DNA of 64,000 nucleotides from Gammaproteobacteria bacterium (GTDB lineage Bacteria; Pseudomonadota; Gammaproteobacteria; Eutrophobiales; Eutrophobiaceae). Below, in pieces: positions 9,920-20,424 of this stretch. The notes under the pieces were generated by a model. That model was not told the DNA's origin and did no database searches. It saw only the letters and a program-made list of their open reading frames with translations. Position numbers and translations under genes: made by a program. Location of the stretch: positions 3,520,001-3,584,000 of the forward strand of contig OZ220696.1 of the NCBI GenBank assembly GCA_965116495.1, written 5' to 3'. The stretch's first letter is position 1. Each line of letters starts with the position of its first letter.

Positions 9920-11668
9920 TCACATAACGGCCGTTCCCTGGTCGCGTTCCGGCACCGAATGCCGGAAGTAGGGAATAATCAGTTCTATATCGCCACTCAG
10001 GTGTTTCTGTTTAATGTGGTTCCAGTATTCCGCCGTGAGCAGGTCGCCGTGGACCTCCAGGAACAGGGTCCGCAAATCCGGGTCCATGGATAAAAATTTG
10101 ATGAATTCTTCCGGGAAAATATCGTTTTTGTTGACGTGGAACCAGACGTCGGAGCGCATCACGTCTTCATCGTCGTCGCTGTCCGGAATTTCGCGGAAAT
10201 CGCATTCCGTTACCAGCGCCACTTCATCGTAATCATAGAAAACCACCCGCCGGTGCCGGGTCACGCCGAAGTTTTTCAGCAACAGGTCGCCGGGGAAGAT
10301 ATTGGTATTGGCCAGGTCCTTGATGGTTTGTCCGTAATCCAGTATGACCTCGCCGGCATCGGTACGGTTTGTTTCTCTGAGATAAAGGTTCAACGGCCGT
10401 ACCCGGCGTTCGATATAGACGTGGTCGATAATCAGTTTATCGTTCTTTACGCGCACGGTTTCGGCCGCTTCACTCAGCAGTTCACTCCGCAGGGCTTCGT
10501 CGAAGCGGTTTACCGGGAATTCCAGGTTACGGAACTCCTGGGTGTCGATCAGGCGGCCGGCCCGGTCATGCCTGGAAACCAGCCGGTACTTGCTTTGCAC
10601 CTCCTCCCTGTTGACGGTCTTCGGGTAGCCGAAATTATCCCGGATGATTTTGAATACCAGGTCGTAGGAGGGCAGGGTGAACACCAGCATCACCAGGCCC
10701 TTGTCTCCTTCAGCGTGCACGAACCTGTCATCCGTGTTCTGCAGGTGGTGTGAAAAGATGCGGTAGCGTTCGGTCTTGCCCTGGCGCAACCGCCCCAGCA
10801 CCGTGTACAACTCGTCTATGGGTTTGTTGGGCAGGATGGAATGCAGGAAATGCACCGCGCCTATGACGGAATGGGGGTTGGCGAAATAGTAGGAGCGGGT
10901 GTAACTGAATACGACGCTGACTTCTTCCTCGGACAACAGCACCGCGTCAACCTCGATACCGCTCGAGGTGTTTTTCAGGGCAATGATGATGGGGTTGACG
11001 TGGTCCTGCTGGATCGTGCGCCCAATCAGGTAGGCGCGTGCCGATTGAAAAAATGCCGAGTTGATGAATTCGAACCTGACAAACTCGCCGTGTTCCCGCA
11101 GGTGCACCTGGTAATAGCGCTGGATTTCCTGGCTGAATGTCCGGGTGTCGGCTGCAATATTCCGGTACGGGACCTTGAAGGCAAAATCTTCCAGGATTTT
11201 TTTGAATGTCTTTTCCAGCGAACCCCAGTAGGGATAGCGGTTCAGGGTCAGGGTTTCCAGCGGGTTAAAGCCTTCGTCCGGCGCCGAGGTAACGAATTCG
11301 ATTTCCGGGTCGGTCCCTACGGTATTGAAAATACGCCGGGTTGTGGAATTGAAAAAGGTTTTCAGAAATCCGGCGTCAGGCACGTTATACAGGCGCTGGC
11401 CGAAGTACCTGCGCGTACTGTGCCAGAGTTTGCGGTCGACGACCCTGGGCCCCAGGTTTTTGCGCAACGAGACGACGATGCGGCGCACGGATTTTTCATA
11501 GAGTTCGACCCGTTCGGTTATATCCTGTTGATGTCCCTCCCAGTCCCGCTGTTCAAACCGGCGCCCTGCCCGCTCAGTGATACGAAAGAAATTCTCGTTA
11601 TATTTCTGGAAGCCCTCGTAGATAAACTCCGAGATGCGCGCAATGGTCTGTTTACGTTGCTCGGGCAT
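9920..11668 (-). CDS. aceK: Isocitrate dehydrogenase kinase/phosphatase
   Basis: FSYTRSY, GLVMLVF, HDRAGRLID, NIFPGDLLLKNFGVTRHRRVVFYDYDE. Confidence 0.95.
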   Translation of the reverse strand: MPEQRKQTIARISEFIYEGFQKYNENFFRITERAGRRFEQRDWEGHQQDITERVELYEKSVRRIVVSLRKNLGPRVVDRKLWHSTRRYFGQRLYNVPDAGFLKTFFNSTTRRIFNTVGTDPEIEFVTSAPDEGFNPLETLTLNRYPYWGSLEKTFKKILEDFAFKVPYRNIAADTRTFSQEIQRYYQVHLREHGEFVRFEFINSAFFQSARAYLIGRTIQQDHVNPIIIALKNTSSGIEVDAVLLSEEEVSVVFSYTRSYYFANPHSVIGAVHFLHSILPNKPIDELYTVLGRLRQGKTERYRIFSHHLQNTDDRFVHAEGDKGLVMLVFTLPSYDLVFKIIRDNFGYPKTVNREEVQSKYRLVSRHDRAGRLIDTQEFRNLEFPVNRFDEALRSELLSEAAETVRVKNDKLIIDHVYIERRVRPLNLYLRETNRTDAGEVILDYGQTIKDLANTNIFPGDLLLKNFGVTRHRRVVFYDYDEVALVTECDFREIPDSDDDEDVMRSDVWFHVNKNDIFPEEFIKFLSMDPDLRTLFLEVHGDLLTAEYWNHIKQKHLSGDIELIIPYFRHSVPERDQGTAVM

Positions 11669-11688
11669 CGGCTGATGAGAAATCCGGG

Positions 11689-12984
11689 CTACATGTTTGC
11701 AATCAATGCCTGGCCGAATTCGCTGCAACTGACCTTTCTCGCACCCTCCATGAGTCGGGCAAAATCATAGGTGACGGTCTTGGCGGCTATCGTTTTATCC
11801 ATACCGGAAATGATGAGGTCTGCGGCATCCGTCCAGCCCAGGTAGCGCATCATCATCTCGCCGGAGAGTACCAGGGATCCCGGGTTGACCTTGTCCTGGT
11901 TGGCATACTTGGGCGCGGTGCCGTGAGTTGCCTCGAATACGGCATGTCCGGTGTCGTAGTTGATATTGCCTCCGGGCGCAATGCCGATACCGCCGACCTG
12001 TGCCGCCAGTGCATCGGACAGGTAATCACCGTTCAGGTTCATGGTGGCAATCACATCGAATTCTTTGGGCCGGGTCAATACCTGTTGCAGGGTAATATCG
12101 GCAATGGCGTCCTTGATCAGTATTTTGCCGCCCGCCAGTGCTTCTTCCTGTTCCTTGTTGGCAGCCGCCGAACCTTTTGCCGCACGGGTGCGTTCCCATT
12201 GATCCCAGGTGTAGGTCTGGTCGGCGAAGGAGTCCTCCGCTAACGCATAGCCCCAGTTACGGAACGCGCCTTCGGTGTATTTCATGATGTTGCCCTTGTG
12301 TACAAACGTCACGCTCTTGCGCTTATTGTCCAGCGCGTACCGGATTGCCGCCTTGACCAGGCGCCCCGTCCCTTCCTGTGATACCGGCTTGATACCGATA
12401 CCGGACGTCTCGGGAAAGCGGATTTTCCGGTAATAGTTGGGAAATGTTTCCTGCATGAACTCAAGAAATTTCCGGTTTTCTTCCGATCCCTGTTCAAACT
12501 CGATACCGGCGTAGATGTCTTCGGTGTTTTCCCGGAATATGACCATGTCCACCAGTTGCGGGTTTCTTGTCGGCGACGGTACGCCCTGAAACCAGCGCAC
12601 CGGACGCAGGCAGACATACAGGTCGAGGATCTGGCGCAGGGCGACGTTGAGGGAACGGATACCGCCGCCGATGGGCGTGGTGAGCGGGCCCTTGATGGCA
12701 ACCAGGAATTCCCGGCAGCGGTCAAGGGTCTCGTCCGGCAGCCAGGATCCGGTCAATTCGTTGGCCTTCTCCCCGGCGTAGACTTCCAGCCAATGGATCT
12801 CGCGCCGGCCGTTGTAGGCCCTGGCAACCGCCGCATCAAGTACCTGCCGGGTCGCACGCCAGACATCAGGCCCGATACCGTCACCTTCGATAAACGGTAT
12901 TACCGGGTGAGCCGGGACTTGCAGTCGTCCGTTCTCAATAGTGATCTTTTCCCCTTCAGGGGGGATCGATAACGCTGTGGCCAC
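11689..12984 (-). CDS. icd: NADP-dependent isocitrate dehydrogenase
   Basis: [50 protein letters not shown]. Confidence 0.97.
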   Translation of the reverse strand: MATALSIPPEGEKITIENGRLQVPAHPVIPFIEGDGIGPDVWRATRQVLDAAVARAYNGRREIHWLEVYAGEKANELTGSWLPDETLDRCREFLVAIKGPLTTPIGGGIRSLNVALRQILDLYVCLRPVRWFQGVPSPTRNPQLVDMVIFRENTEDIYAGIEFEQGSEENRKFLEFMQETFPNYYRKIRFPETSGIGIKPVSQEGTGRLVKAAIRYALDNKRKSVTFVHKGNIMKYTEGAFRNWGYALAEDSFADQTYTWDQWERTRAAKGSAAANKEQEEALAGGKILIKDAIADITLQQVLTRPKEFDVIATMNLNGDYLSDALAAQVGGIGIAPGGNINYDTGHAVFEATHGTAPKYANQDKVNPGSLVLSGEMMMRYLGWTDAADLIISGMDKTIAAKTVTYDFARLMEGARKVSCSEFGQALIANM

Positions 12985-13173
12985 GTTAAATCTCCTTGGT
13001 TGGTCAATTTTTGCAATAGCTTATCACATCTCTTACCGGGTAAGCAGTTGTAAGCACTGGGTAACAGCTCCCACGCGCCGGTCAGCAGGGCTGAAACAGG
13101 ATACATTTTGGATATGATCAGAAACGATCCGGGTCGCGCTCTACGTCAGTATCAATGCCCTTCAGAAAACTCC

Positions 13174-13351
13174 TCAGGTTCTCCTGTGACATTTTTTATG
13201 AAAAACCGCTTCAGCTTCGTCTTCCAGCATGGGCCCGATGACTTCCATCGGCCAGCAACGCGCCGAACGCGTGGTTGCCCCGCACCCGCGCCCTGACGGC
13301 CTCCTTGAATGCTATGCGCAGGTAATGTTCATCCACGTTCTTCATGTGCAT
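13174..13351 (-). pseudogene. Internally deleted nucleoside deaminase (TadA/guanine deaminase-like) remnant
   Basis: Manual translation gives N-terminus MKNVDEHYLRIAFKEAVRARVRGNHAFGALLADG joined out of frame to a C-terminus-like EVIGPMLEDEAEAVFH; no HAE/PCxxC core. Confidence 0.65.
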
Positions 13352-13394
13352 GAAAATACGTTATCCATCTGCACTAATCTGCGTAATCTGCGGA

Positions 13395-14075
13395 TTAGAT
13401 ACAACGTTCGATGAACTCCTGCCCGGTCATCACGTCGCCGAACTGCTGGATGATGGACTCCAGCGTCGCCTGGTGTTCGCGGTCGGACAGGGTGGAGCAG
13501 CAGTCTTCGACCATGACCACGTTGAAGTCCATGTCAAAAGCAGTGCGTGCAGTGGTCTCACAACAGATGTTAGTCTTTGTCCCGGCTATCAGCAGGATCT
13601 CGATGGCGCGGCTGCGCAACACCCGTTCCAGTTTCGAAGCACCCGGTGAGAGACAGCCGTAACGGTTCTTGACCAGGTGAATATCGTCCTCATCCACCTC
13701 CAGTTCATGCCATAGCTTGCCGCCCTCCTGCCCGGGCGCCATGTACTGCATGGTACGCTCGCGCACCTCCCCGGACACCATGTTGCTGAAGAAATTCTCC
13801 CATTCCGATTTGCCGCCGTTGCAATGGAACTCGCTGACGATCCAGATCACGTCGCCACCCCGCTTGCGCAGTTCCTGTGCCAGCCGGTTAATGTTACCGA
13901 CAGTCCCGCGGCTGGCCGGCACCTCGGCCGGCGCCCCCGGCTTGCAGAAGGCATTCTGCATGTCGATGACCACCAGGGCGCATTTTGCCGGGTCAAAACT
14001 GTCATAAAGGTGATAACGCCCGCGGCGCTTCATCACCCGCTCAACGATCTCGTCACTTATTCGTATATTGTGCAT
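13395..14075 (-). CDS. Isochorismatase-family cysteine hydrolase
   Basis: ALVVIDMQNAF, KNRY, GTKTNICCETTAR. Confidence 0.9.
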   Translation of the reverse strand: MHNIRISDEIVERVMKRRGRYHLYDSFDPAKCALVVIDMQNAFCKPGAPAEVPASRGTVGNINRLAQELRKRGGDVIWIVSEFHCNGGKSEWENFFSNMVSGEVRERTMQYMAPGQEGGKLWHELEVDEDDIHLVKNRYGCLSPGASKLERVLRSRAIEILLIAGTKTNICCETTARTAFDMDFNVVMVEDCCSTLSDREHQATLESIIQQFGDVMTGQEFIERCI

Positions 14076-14093
14076 AGCTTAAGAAAATTATAT

Positions 14094-14228
14094 GTATCCG
14101 CAGATTACGCAGATTGTTTATGTTGGTTCATTAATAATTTGGGACACCCACAAATTGACAGTTGTCCTCAATTTATGGGTGTCCCAAATTTCAGTCCCAA
14201 ATTTCAATTGCGTCATCTGCGGATAAAT
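14094..14228. repeat. Nested palindromic element: family F outer arms (ATCCGCAGATTACGCAGAT) around family C inner arms (AATTTGGGACACCC)
   Basis: atccgcagattacgcagatt at 14096; aatttgggacacccacaaattga...tcaatttatgggtgtcccaaatt at 14136-14190; ttgcgtcatctgcggataaa at the right end. Confidence 0.8.
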
Positions 14229-16282
14229 ATCTGGTCATGCAGGTACGGGTCGCCCGTCATGGCAGTCTCCGTTTCCAGCAGCGCGCCGCAGTCCGGACAG
14301 GAGAAAGAGCGCAGCAATACTTCGCCGCCGCTGGCATAGGGCCCGCCCAGGGTTTGCATGGCCGTTTCCTGCAGGCAGGCAGATTCCTTCCAGTTGTTGT
14401 CTCCCTCAGCCGGGTTCTCGCCGCAATGTTTGCAGGTGACGGGTGCGCCTGCAACAGGCGCGGGTTGCGCTCTGTTTTTTCTATGCGCTACCAGTCCGGT
14501 TCTCTTCTTCTCTGTGAGGGACGGGTCTGCTTCCCCTGTCCCGGCGTCCACGACGACGCCATACACGGTCTCTGCAAATTCCGCTGAAGTCAGCCCGTCC
14601 CGCACGTCGCGGGCCACTTCTTCCGGCGGGCGGGCCAGCGGATCGCCGTAACCGCCGCCGCCGTTCCAGCGGACGTACAAGGCATCCTTGCCCATTAACG
14701 GAAACACCCCCCAGTCTACGACCTGTTGCTCTGCCATTGCGGTACCTGCTTGTGCCGTGTCCTCACCGTTGATTGCACCAGGTTCATTGTTCTTGATCCA
14801 CATGTAGGCATTGGGAGATCCGGGATAACCGCCGGCCAGACCTTCGCTCATGGGGAACTTAGAGCCCTTGCCGGATACCACGTAGTGCATCCCGCCGTCC
14901 GGCGCATCGTGCGGTACGAAGGACAGCTCCATACCGACACCGCCGCGGTAACGCCCCGGCCCGCCGGAATCCTTAAGGCGCCGGCGGTACAGGTAACGGA
15001 TCGGGAAGGTGTATTCGACGGTCTCCACGTTGGCCATACGCGAGATGGGGTTCGGGATCTCGCCGCCCACCTCGATACCGTCCGCCCAGGCGCGGGCGCC
15101 GCCGGCGCCGGCGAAGGTCTCGGTCAGGATGCCGATGGCCTGTTTGTTGTGCTGGTTCCGGCCGAACAGGAACACCGCGAAATGGTTGGCGTGCCACACG
15201 GCCGTGGCCTCGTCAGCATACTTTTCACTGGCGCTGAGCATCTTGCCGATGGTGGTGCAGGCTGCATTGTTGACGGACTGTATGGCGCCGACAGTGGCGA
15301 CGGAGACCGGCGCCGGCCGCGTGCAGTTCACGACCGTCCCCTCCGGCGCGATCATGGTGATAGGGCTGATCACGCCTTCATTCCAGGTAATGTCGTAGCA
15401 CAGCAACGGGAACAGGGGCGCGAACAAGCCGCCCAGGGAGGCCCATCTGGTGCAGTTGATGGCGTACCGGCTCTGCTCGCTGGAGCCGCTAAAATCGAAG
15501 GTGAGCGTATCGTCCCGCTTGGTCATGGTCAGTTCGACCCGGCACACCTCATCCTCCACGCTCAGGTACTGGCGCGATTGCCATTGCCCGTCAGGCAGTT
15601 CCTGAAGGCGGGCGCGCAATTTTTCTTCAGACCTGATGATCAGGGTTTTGCAGGTCTCATCCACTGTCTCGAGCCCGTATTTTTCAATGAGGGCCAGCAT
15701 CCGCTCCCGGGCAACGTTGTTGCAGGCGATCATGGAATTCAGGTCCAGCGCCACCATGTCCGGCGCGCGCACCATGTTGAGGAAAGTATCCATGATAGCC
15801 CGGTTAATCTCTCCCTTTTCCACCAGCCTCAGCCCCGGTGAACTGAAGCCTTCGGTATAAATATTGTCCGCGTCGGGGCAGAACCCGCCGGGGTTGGTGG
15901 CGCCGATATCGTACACGTGCACAAAGCAGGCGCTCCAGGCCACCAGTTCTCTCCGGTAGTGAATGGGCGCCACCAGGTACACGTCGGAGGTATGCAGGGC
16001 CGCGGTGTAGGGGTCGTTCAGCAGGAACACGTCACCGGCATGAATGTCCCCGCGGAAGCGTCGGATGATGGATTTGCACGCCTCCGCGGCGCTGGTCAGG
16101 TGGTGCAGGAAACCCACACCGCCCATCAGCAGGGAACCGTCCGCCCGGTACAGGGATACCATGAGATCATGGCCCTCGTTGGTGATGGCGCTGCCGGATA
16201 CGTTTTTCAGGGTGATCACGGCCTCGTCCACGACCCGGAACAGGCGGTGGCGGATGATCGAAAAAGTGATCGGATCAATCAT
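14213..16282 (-). CDS. Hydantoinase B/oxoprolinase family protein with C-terminal Zn-ribbon
   Basis: IDPITFSII, NDPY..LHTSD, DSGGPGRYRGG, GGGGYGDPL; tail with CKHC...CPDCG. Confidence 0.9.
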   Translation of the reverse strand: MIDPITFSIIRHRLFRVVDEAVITLKNVSGSAITNEGHDLMVSLYRADGSLLMGGVGFLHHLTSAAEACKSIIRRFRGDIHAGDVFLLNDPYTAALHTSDVYLVAPIHYRRELVAWSACFVHVYDIGATNPGGFCPDADNIYTEGFSSPGLRLVEKGEINRAIMDTFLNMVRAPDMVALDLNSMIACNNVARERMLALIEKYGLETVDETCKTLIIRSEEKLRARLQELPDGQWQSRQYLSVEDEVCRVELTMTKRDDTLTFDFSGSSEQSRYAINCTRWASLGGLFAPLFPLLCYDITWNEGVISPITMIAPEGTVVNCTRPAPVSVATVGAIQSVNNAACTTIGKMLSASEKYADEATAVWHANHFAVFLFGRNQHNKQAIGILTETFAGAGGARAWADGIEVGGEIPNPISRMANVETVEYTFPIRYLYRRRLKDSGGPGRYRGGVGMELSFVPHDAPDGGMHYVVSGKGSKFPMSEGLAGGYPGSPNAYMWIKNNEPGAINGEDTAQAGTAMAEQQVVDWGVFPLMGKDALYVRWNGGGGYGDPLARPPEEVARDVRDGLTSAEFAETVYGVVVDAGTGEADPSLTEKKRTGLVAHRKNRAQPAPVAGAPVTCKHCGENPAEGDNNWKESACLQETAMQTLGGPYASGGEVLLRSFSCPDCGALLETETAMTGDPYLHDQIFIRR

Positions 16283-18396
16283 GTCCGGTTTCCCCGGGCA
16301 ATCTCGATAACAATATTTCTATAACCGTCCATAAACCCCTGCTGGCTGTCCTGGACCACGATAGTCGTGATCGGTGTATGAATTACTGCCGGTCCGTTTA
16401 TGATATTACCCGGACGCAGTTTTTCAAAATCATGGACCCAAGCCTCGGTCAGGCCGTCATGCCCGTCGACGAATATCCTGCGCCGCCCCGTACGGGCGGC
16501 GTCCGCGGAGGAATCCGCAAACGCTTGCGCGGCAACCTCGGGGCGGTCTATCCTGCCGGCGGCGCTGAGCCGGAACCGGGTCATCTCGATCCCCGCATCC
16601 CGGTAGGCGGACCCCTTGCCGTAGCGGTTCTCGTACAGCGCCTCGAAATCATCGATCAATCGCTCCAATCCGTCTTCGTCCAGCGGCGTTGCGGCGCGCA
16701 CCGGCGTGATGATTTCATGGACCTGCATCGCATAGCGGAACCCGACGGACCACTTGAAGCTCATTTTATCCCCGGAAAATCCCTCCCGGTCCAGCGTGTC
16801 CGCGGCCGTTTTCAGCATGGGCTCGTAGATGGCGTTGATTTCCCCGGCAGGGCAGGGGGCGGATTTGGTCAGGGTCGTGCTGTACTCGTGCATCACGTCA
16901 GTGCTGGCCAGGCCGAAGGCGCAATTCACCGATGCGGTATACGGCACGATAACCCGCTGCACGCTCAGTTCCCGGGCGAACACGCTCGCCAGGATGGGAC
17001 AGGTACCGCCGAACGCGTGCAGCACGAAATCCCGCGGGTCCAGGCCCTGCTCGACAGTGATCTTGTGGATCAGGTCGGTGACCTGTGCGCTTGCCACGCG
17101 GAATATGCCGATTGCCGCCTGCTCCACGGACAGGCCCAGCGGTTCAGCAATCTGTTTCCTGAACAACTCCACCGTATTTCCCGTATCCAGTGTTATGGCG
17201 CCGTTGAGGAAATGCTGCGGGTCGATATATCCCAGCAATAACAACACGTCGGTGAGGGTTGGCCGGGTGCCGCCGAGGCCGTAACAGATCGGCCCCGGAT
17301 CGGCCCCGGCGCTACGGGGTCCCACCAGGGGCGCGGCCGTGTCCTGTTCCAGGGTGACCAGGCTGCCGCCACCGGCGCCGATGGACGCTACGTCAATCTT
17401 CGGCGCCGAGTAGTGGAAGCGGTCAATCAGGGGTTCCCTGGCATACTCGATTTCGCCGTCCTGGATAATGCCCACCTTGAACGTGGTGCCGCCCATGTCC
17501 GCGGCGATGATGTTGCTGTCGCCCATGCCGTCGCCGAGAAACTTGCTGCCGATGACCCCGGCAACGGGGCCGCATTCCACCATGTTCACCGCCCGCCCGG
17601 CAGCCTGTTCGGCAGGCAGCAGGCCGCCGTAGCCCTGCATGACCAGCACCGGCCCCTGGTAATCATGCTGGCCCAGCAGCCTTTGCAGGTTGCTGATGTA
17701 ACGGTTGACCACTTGTCCGGCATAGGCGTTGATTACTGTGGTCGAGGTGCGTTCGTACTCGCCGGGGAGCGGCGCCACTTCGCTGCTGACGGACACGTGG
17801 ATGTCCGGCCTGCGCGCCTTGATGATGGAGCGGATACGCTGTTCATGGACGGGATTGGCAAACGACCACAGCAACGCCACCGCAACGGATTCGACCTGCT
17901 GCTCGCCGATAAGGTAACTGACGGCCTCGGCAACCTCGGCCTCATCCAGTTCCTGAATAACGGCGCCCTTGTAATCCACCCGCTCCGTCACACCACGGAT
18001 CAGGTCGTACGGGACCAGCGGGGCAGGCCGGTCCGTGGCAACCGGGTGTTTGAGTCCCTCTTCCGACAGGCCCGACCAGCGCCCGTAGGCGCCCCGGGTG
18101 ACCAGCAGGGTGTCTTCAAAACCGGCCGTGGTAATCAGGCCGGTGCGGGCGCCCTTGCGCTCCAGCAAGGTGTTGTCCACCACGGTGGAGCCGTGGATGA
18201 ACAGGGTGGTGTGCCGGAAAATGTCTGCCAGGCCCACTTGCATGGTTTCGGCCGCGGACCTGATGGAAGCAATGACGCCGTCGGCGAAATCAGGCGGCGA
18301 TGACAAGGCCTTGCCGATGTAGACGGAACGTCCGTCCTCGACGATCACCGTGTCGGTACAGGTACCGCCAACGTCAGTTGCGACTACGAATGGCAT
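16279..18396 (-). CDS. Hydantoinase A/oxoprolinase family protein (ATP-dependent)
   Basis: DVGGTCTD, EYERTSTTVINAY, DMGGTT, IGAGGGS, SAGADPGP. Confidence 0.92.
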   Translation of the reverse strand: MPFVVATDVGGTCTDTVIVEDGRSVYIGKALSSPPDFADGVIASIRSAAETMQVGLADIFRHTTLFIHGSTVVDNTLLERKGARTGLITTAGFEDTLLVTRGAYGRWSGLSEEGLKHPVATDRPAPLVPYDLIRGVTERVDYKGAVIQELDEAEVAEAVSYLIGEQQVESVAVALLWSFANPVHEQRIRSIIKARRPDIHVSVSSEVAPLPGEYERTSTTVINAYAGQVVNRYISNLQRLLGQHDYQGPVLVMQGYGGLLPAEQAAGRAVNMVECGPVAGVIGSKFLGDGMGDSNIIAADMGGTTFKVGIIQDGEIEYAREPLIDRFHYSAPKIDVASIGAGGGSLVTLEQDTAAPLVGPRSAGADPGPICYGLGGTRPTLTDVLLLLGYIDPQHFLNGAITLDTGNTVELFRKQIAEPLGLSVEQAAIGIFRVASAQVTDLIHKITVEQGLDPRDFVLHAFGGTCPILASVFARELSVQRVIVPYTASVNCAFGLASTDVMHEYSTTLTKSAPCPAGEINAIYEPMLKTAADTLDREGFSGDKMSFKWSVGFRYAMQVHEIITPVRAATPLDEDGLERLIDDFEALYENRYGKGSAYRDAGIEMTRFRLSAAGRIDRPEVAAQAFADSSADAARTGRRRIFVDGHDGLTEAWVHDFEKLRPGNIINGPAVIHTPITTIVVQDSQQGFMDGYRNIVIEIARGNRT

Positions 18397-18412
18397 TTAG
18401 CGAGATGCTGCT

Positions 18413-18703
18413 TCAGGAACCCATGCCGATGGAAAATATCTCTTCCAGGTCGTGTTGCGAATAGGTCTTGAACGCGATCATGGTTTCGGTATTTTCAATG
18501 CCTTCAACCCGTACCATGCGGTTGGTCACCATGTCGGCGATGGCCTCGTTGGTTTCTACCCGCAGGATGCCGACGATATCGTAGCTGCCGCCGACGGAGT
18601 AAACCTCGGAAAATTCGGGCACGTCAGCCAGGGCTTCGGCGACCTCATTGATCCTGCCGTGCTGGGTATTGATTAACACGATTGCTGTAACCATTTGAAT
18701 CAC
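18413..18703 (-). CDS. Lrp/AsnC ligand-binding-domain-only protein
   Basis: VTAIVLIN, EVYSVGGSYDIV, ENTETMIAF; no HTH. Confidence 0.85.
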   Translation of the reverse strand: MIQMVTAIVLINTQHGRINEVAEALADVPEFSEVYSVGGSYDIVGILRVETNEAIADMVTNRMVRVEGIENTETMIAFKTYSQHDLEEIFSIGMGS

Positions 18704-18722
18704 CTTCCGCTGAGTGCGTGTC

Positions 18723-20354
18723 TCATTGGTGTAATGCCCGCAGTTTGTTTCTCTGGATCTTGCCGGTCTGTGTCTTCGGCAATGCCGTTATGAATTCTAT
18801 CACTCTCGGGTACTTGTAGGGGGCAATGGATTGTTTGGTAAAGTCCTGCAACTCCGAAATTAAATTCTCCGATGCCTGAAAACCCTCTGCGGGCACGATA
18901 AATGCTTTTATGAGCATCCCCCGCTTTTCATCCGGTATGCCGACTACGCCGCATTCACTGACCGCCGGGTGCGGCAACAGGGCCGCCTCCACTTCCGCAC
19001 CGGATATATTGTAACCCGAGGAGATGATCATGTCGTCCGTGCGTCCTTGGTACCAGACGTAACCGTCTTCGTCCATGGTGCACACGTCCCCGGTCAGGTT
19101 CCAGCCGTTGACCACGTAGTTTTTTTGCCGTTCATCGGCCAGGTATTTACAGCCGGTCGGGCCCTTTACCCCCAGGCGGCCCAGGGTGCCGGGAGGTACC
19201 GGCCGGTCATCATCGCCCAGGATACAGGCCTGGTAACCGGTGATCGCCTTGCCCGTTGCCCCCGGGCGGATATCGTCACCGACCGCGGAAATAAAGACGT
19301 GGATCATTTCGGTCGAACCGAAGATATCCACCATTTTGATGCCGGTCGCCGCCAGCCATTCCCGGTAAGTGGGCAGGGGGAGTTTTTCGCCTGCGCTGGC
19401 GCTTTTTTTCAGGCTGCCCAGGTCAAACTCATCGATGTGCCCCAGGATGGCGCGGTAAGCAGTCGGTGCAGAGGCGCAGATGGTAGCTTTGAACCTGTCG
19501 ATTGCCCTGGCCAGTTCCAGGGGTGGAGACGTCTCCAGCAACACCACGCTGGCGCCGGCATACAGGGGCATGCCTACCAGCATGCCCAGGCCGAAGGTGA
19601 ATGCAACCGGCGGGCTGCCGATGAAGATATCGGTGGGCTCCGCTCTGACGACGTAGGAATTGCCGCAAATGCACATGGCCAGGATGTCGCGGTGGAAATG
19701 GACCGTGCCTTTGGGCTGGCCCGTGGTACCGCTGGTGAAGGCAATGATGGCGGGGTCGTCACTGGCCATCTCGACAGGGCTGAAGGAGGGTTCCCTGGCG
19801 GCCATGAGTTGCTCCAGTTCCGCCGCCGCGCCGGCCTCTCCGGAGCCGTTGAACTGCAGGATGCGTCTCAGGTACGGACTGGATTGCGTGGCGGCAACCA
19901 GGTCGCCAATCAGTCTTTCATCGCACAATGCGAACTGCACCTGCGCCTTGTCGACGATGGGTTCCAGGTCCCGTCTGCGCAGCAGGGGCATGGTGGCGAC
20001 GGCCACGCCGCCGGCTTTTATCACGCCGAACCAGCAGGCGACCAGCATCGGGTTGTTGGGGGAGCGCAGCAGGACGCGGTTACCCGGCACAAGGCCCAGG
20101 TCGTCCACCAGTACCCGGGCAATCCGGTTGGATTTTTCGTACAGGTCCCGGTAACTCCAGGTCTCGTTGGGCGTCAGGATGACATTGTTAGGGCCGTGGC
20201 CCCGGGTGATTTGCTTATCGAGCAACTCTGCCGCGCTGTTCATGCGCGCCGGGAGCTGTAACTCGTCGGTGCTGAACAGGAATTCAGGTAATTGTTCCGC
20301 CGGGGGCAGGTTGTCCCTGACGAACGTATCGACGTGGCTGGTGTGATTACTCAC
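18723..20354 (-). CDS. Benzoate/2-aminobenzoate-CoA ligase family AMP-binding enzyme
   Basis: N-terminus HTSHVDTFVRDNLPP, FTSGTTGQPKGTVHFHRD, GSTEMIHVF, APYKYPR, PKTQTGKIQR. Confidence 0.85.
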   Translation of the reverse strand: MSNHTSHVDTFVRDNLPPAEQLPEFLFSTDELQLPARMNSAAELLDKQITRGHGPNNVILTPNETWSYRDLYEKSNRIARVLVDDLGLVPGNRVLLRSPNNPMLVACWFGVIKAGGVAVATMPLLRRRDLEPIVDKAQVQFALCDERLIGDLVAATQSSPYLRRILQFNGSGEAGAAAELEQLMAAREPSFSPVEMASDDPAIIAFTSGTTGQPKGTVHFHRDILAMCICGNSYVVRAEPTDIFIGSPPVAFTFGLGMLVGMPLYAGASVVLLETSPPLELARAIDRFKATICASAPTAYRAILGHIDEFDLGSLKKSASAGEKLPLPTYREWLAATGIKMVDIFGSTEMIHVFISAVGDDIRPGATGKAITGYQACILGDDDRPVPPGTLGRLGVKGPTGCKYLADERQKNYVVNGWNLTGDVCTMDEDGYVWYQGRTDDMIISSGYNISGAEVEAALLPHPAVSECGVVGIPDEKRGMLIKAFIVPAEGFQASENLISELQDFTKQSIAPYKYPRVIEFITALPKTQTGKIQRNKLRALHQ

Positions 20355-20424
20355 ACTTTGGTAGCGCCGTAATAAAGTACGCCGACAAAAAACAATACAG
20401 CAATGGTCAGTAAAATGAACTCAA

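Noticed and set aside
9920-12984. icd-aceK adjacency as a novelty
   Set aside because: An enzyme next to its known regulator; functionally expected
14726-20261. Long plus-strand ORFs (14726-15841, 16378-17241, 17413-18303, 18969-20261)
   Set aside because: Antisense shadows of well-supported minus-strand genes in GC-rich DNA, with no motifs
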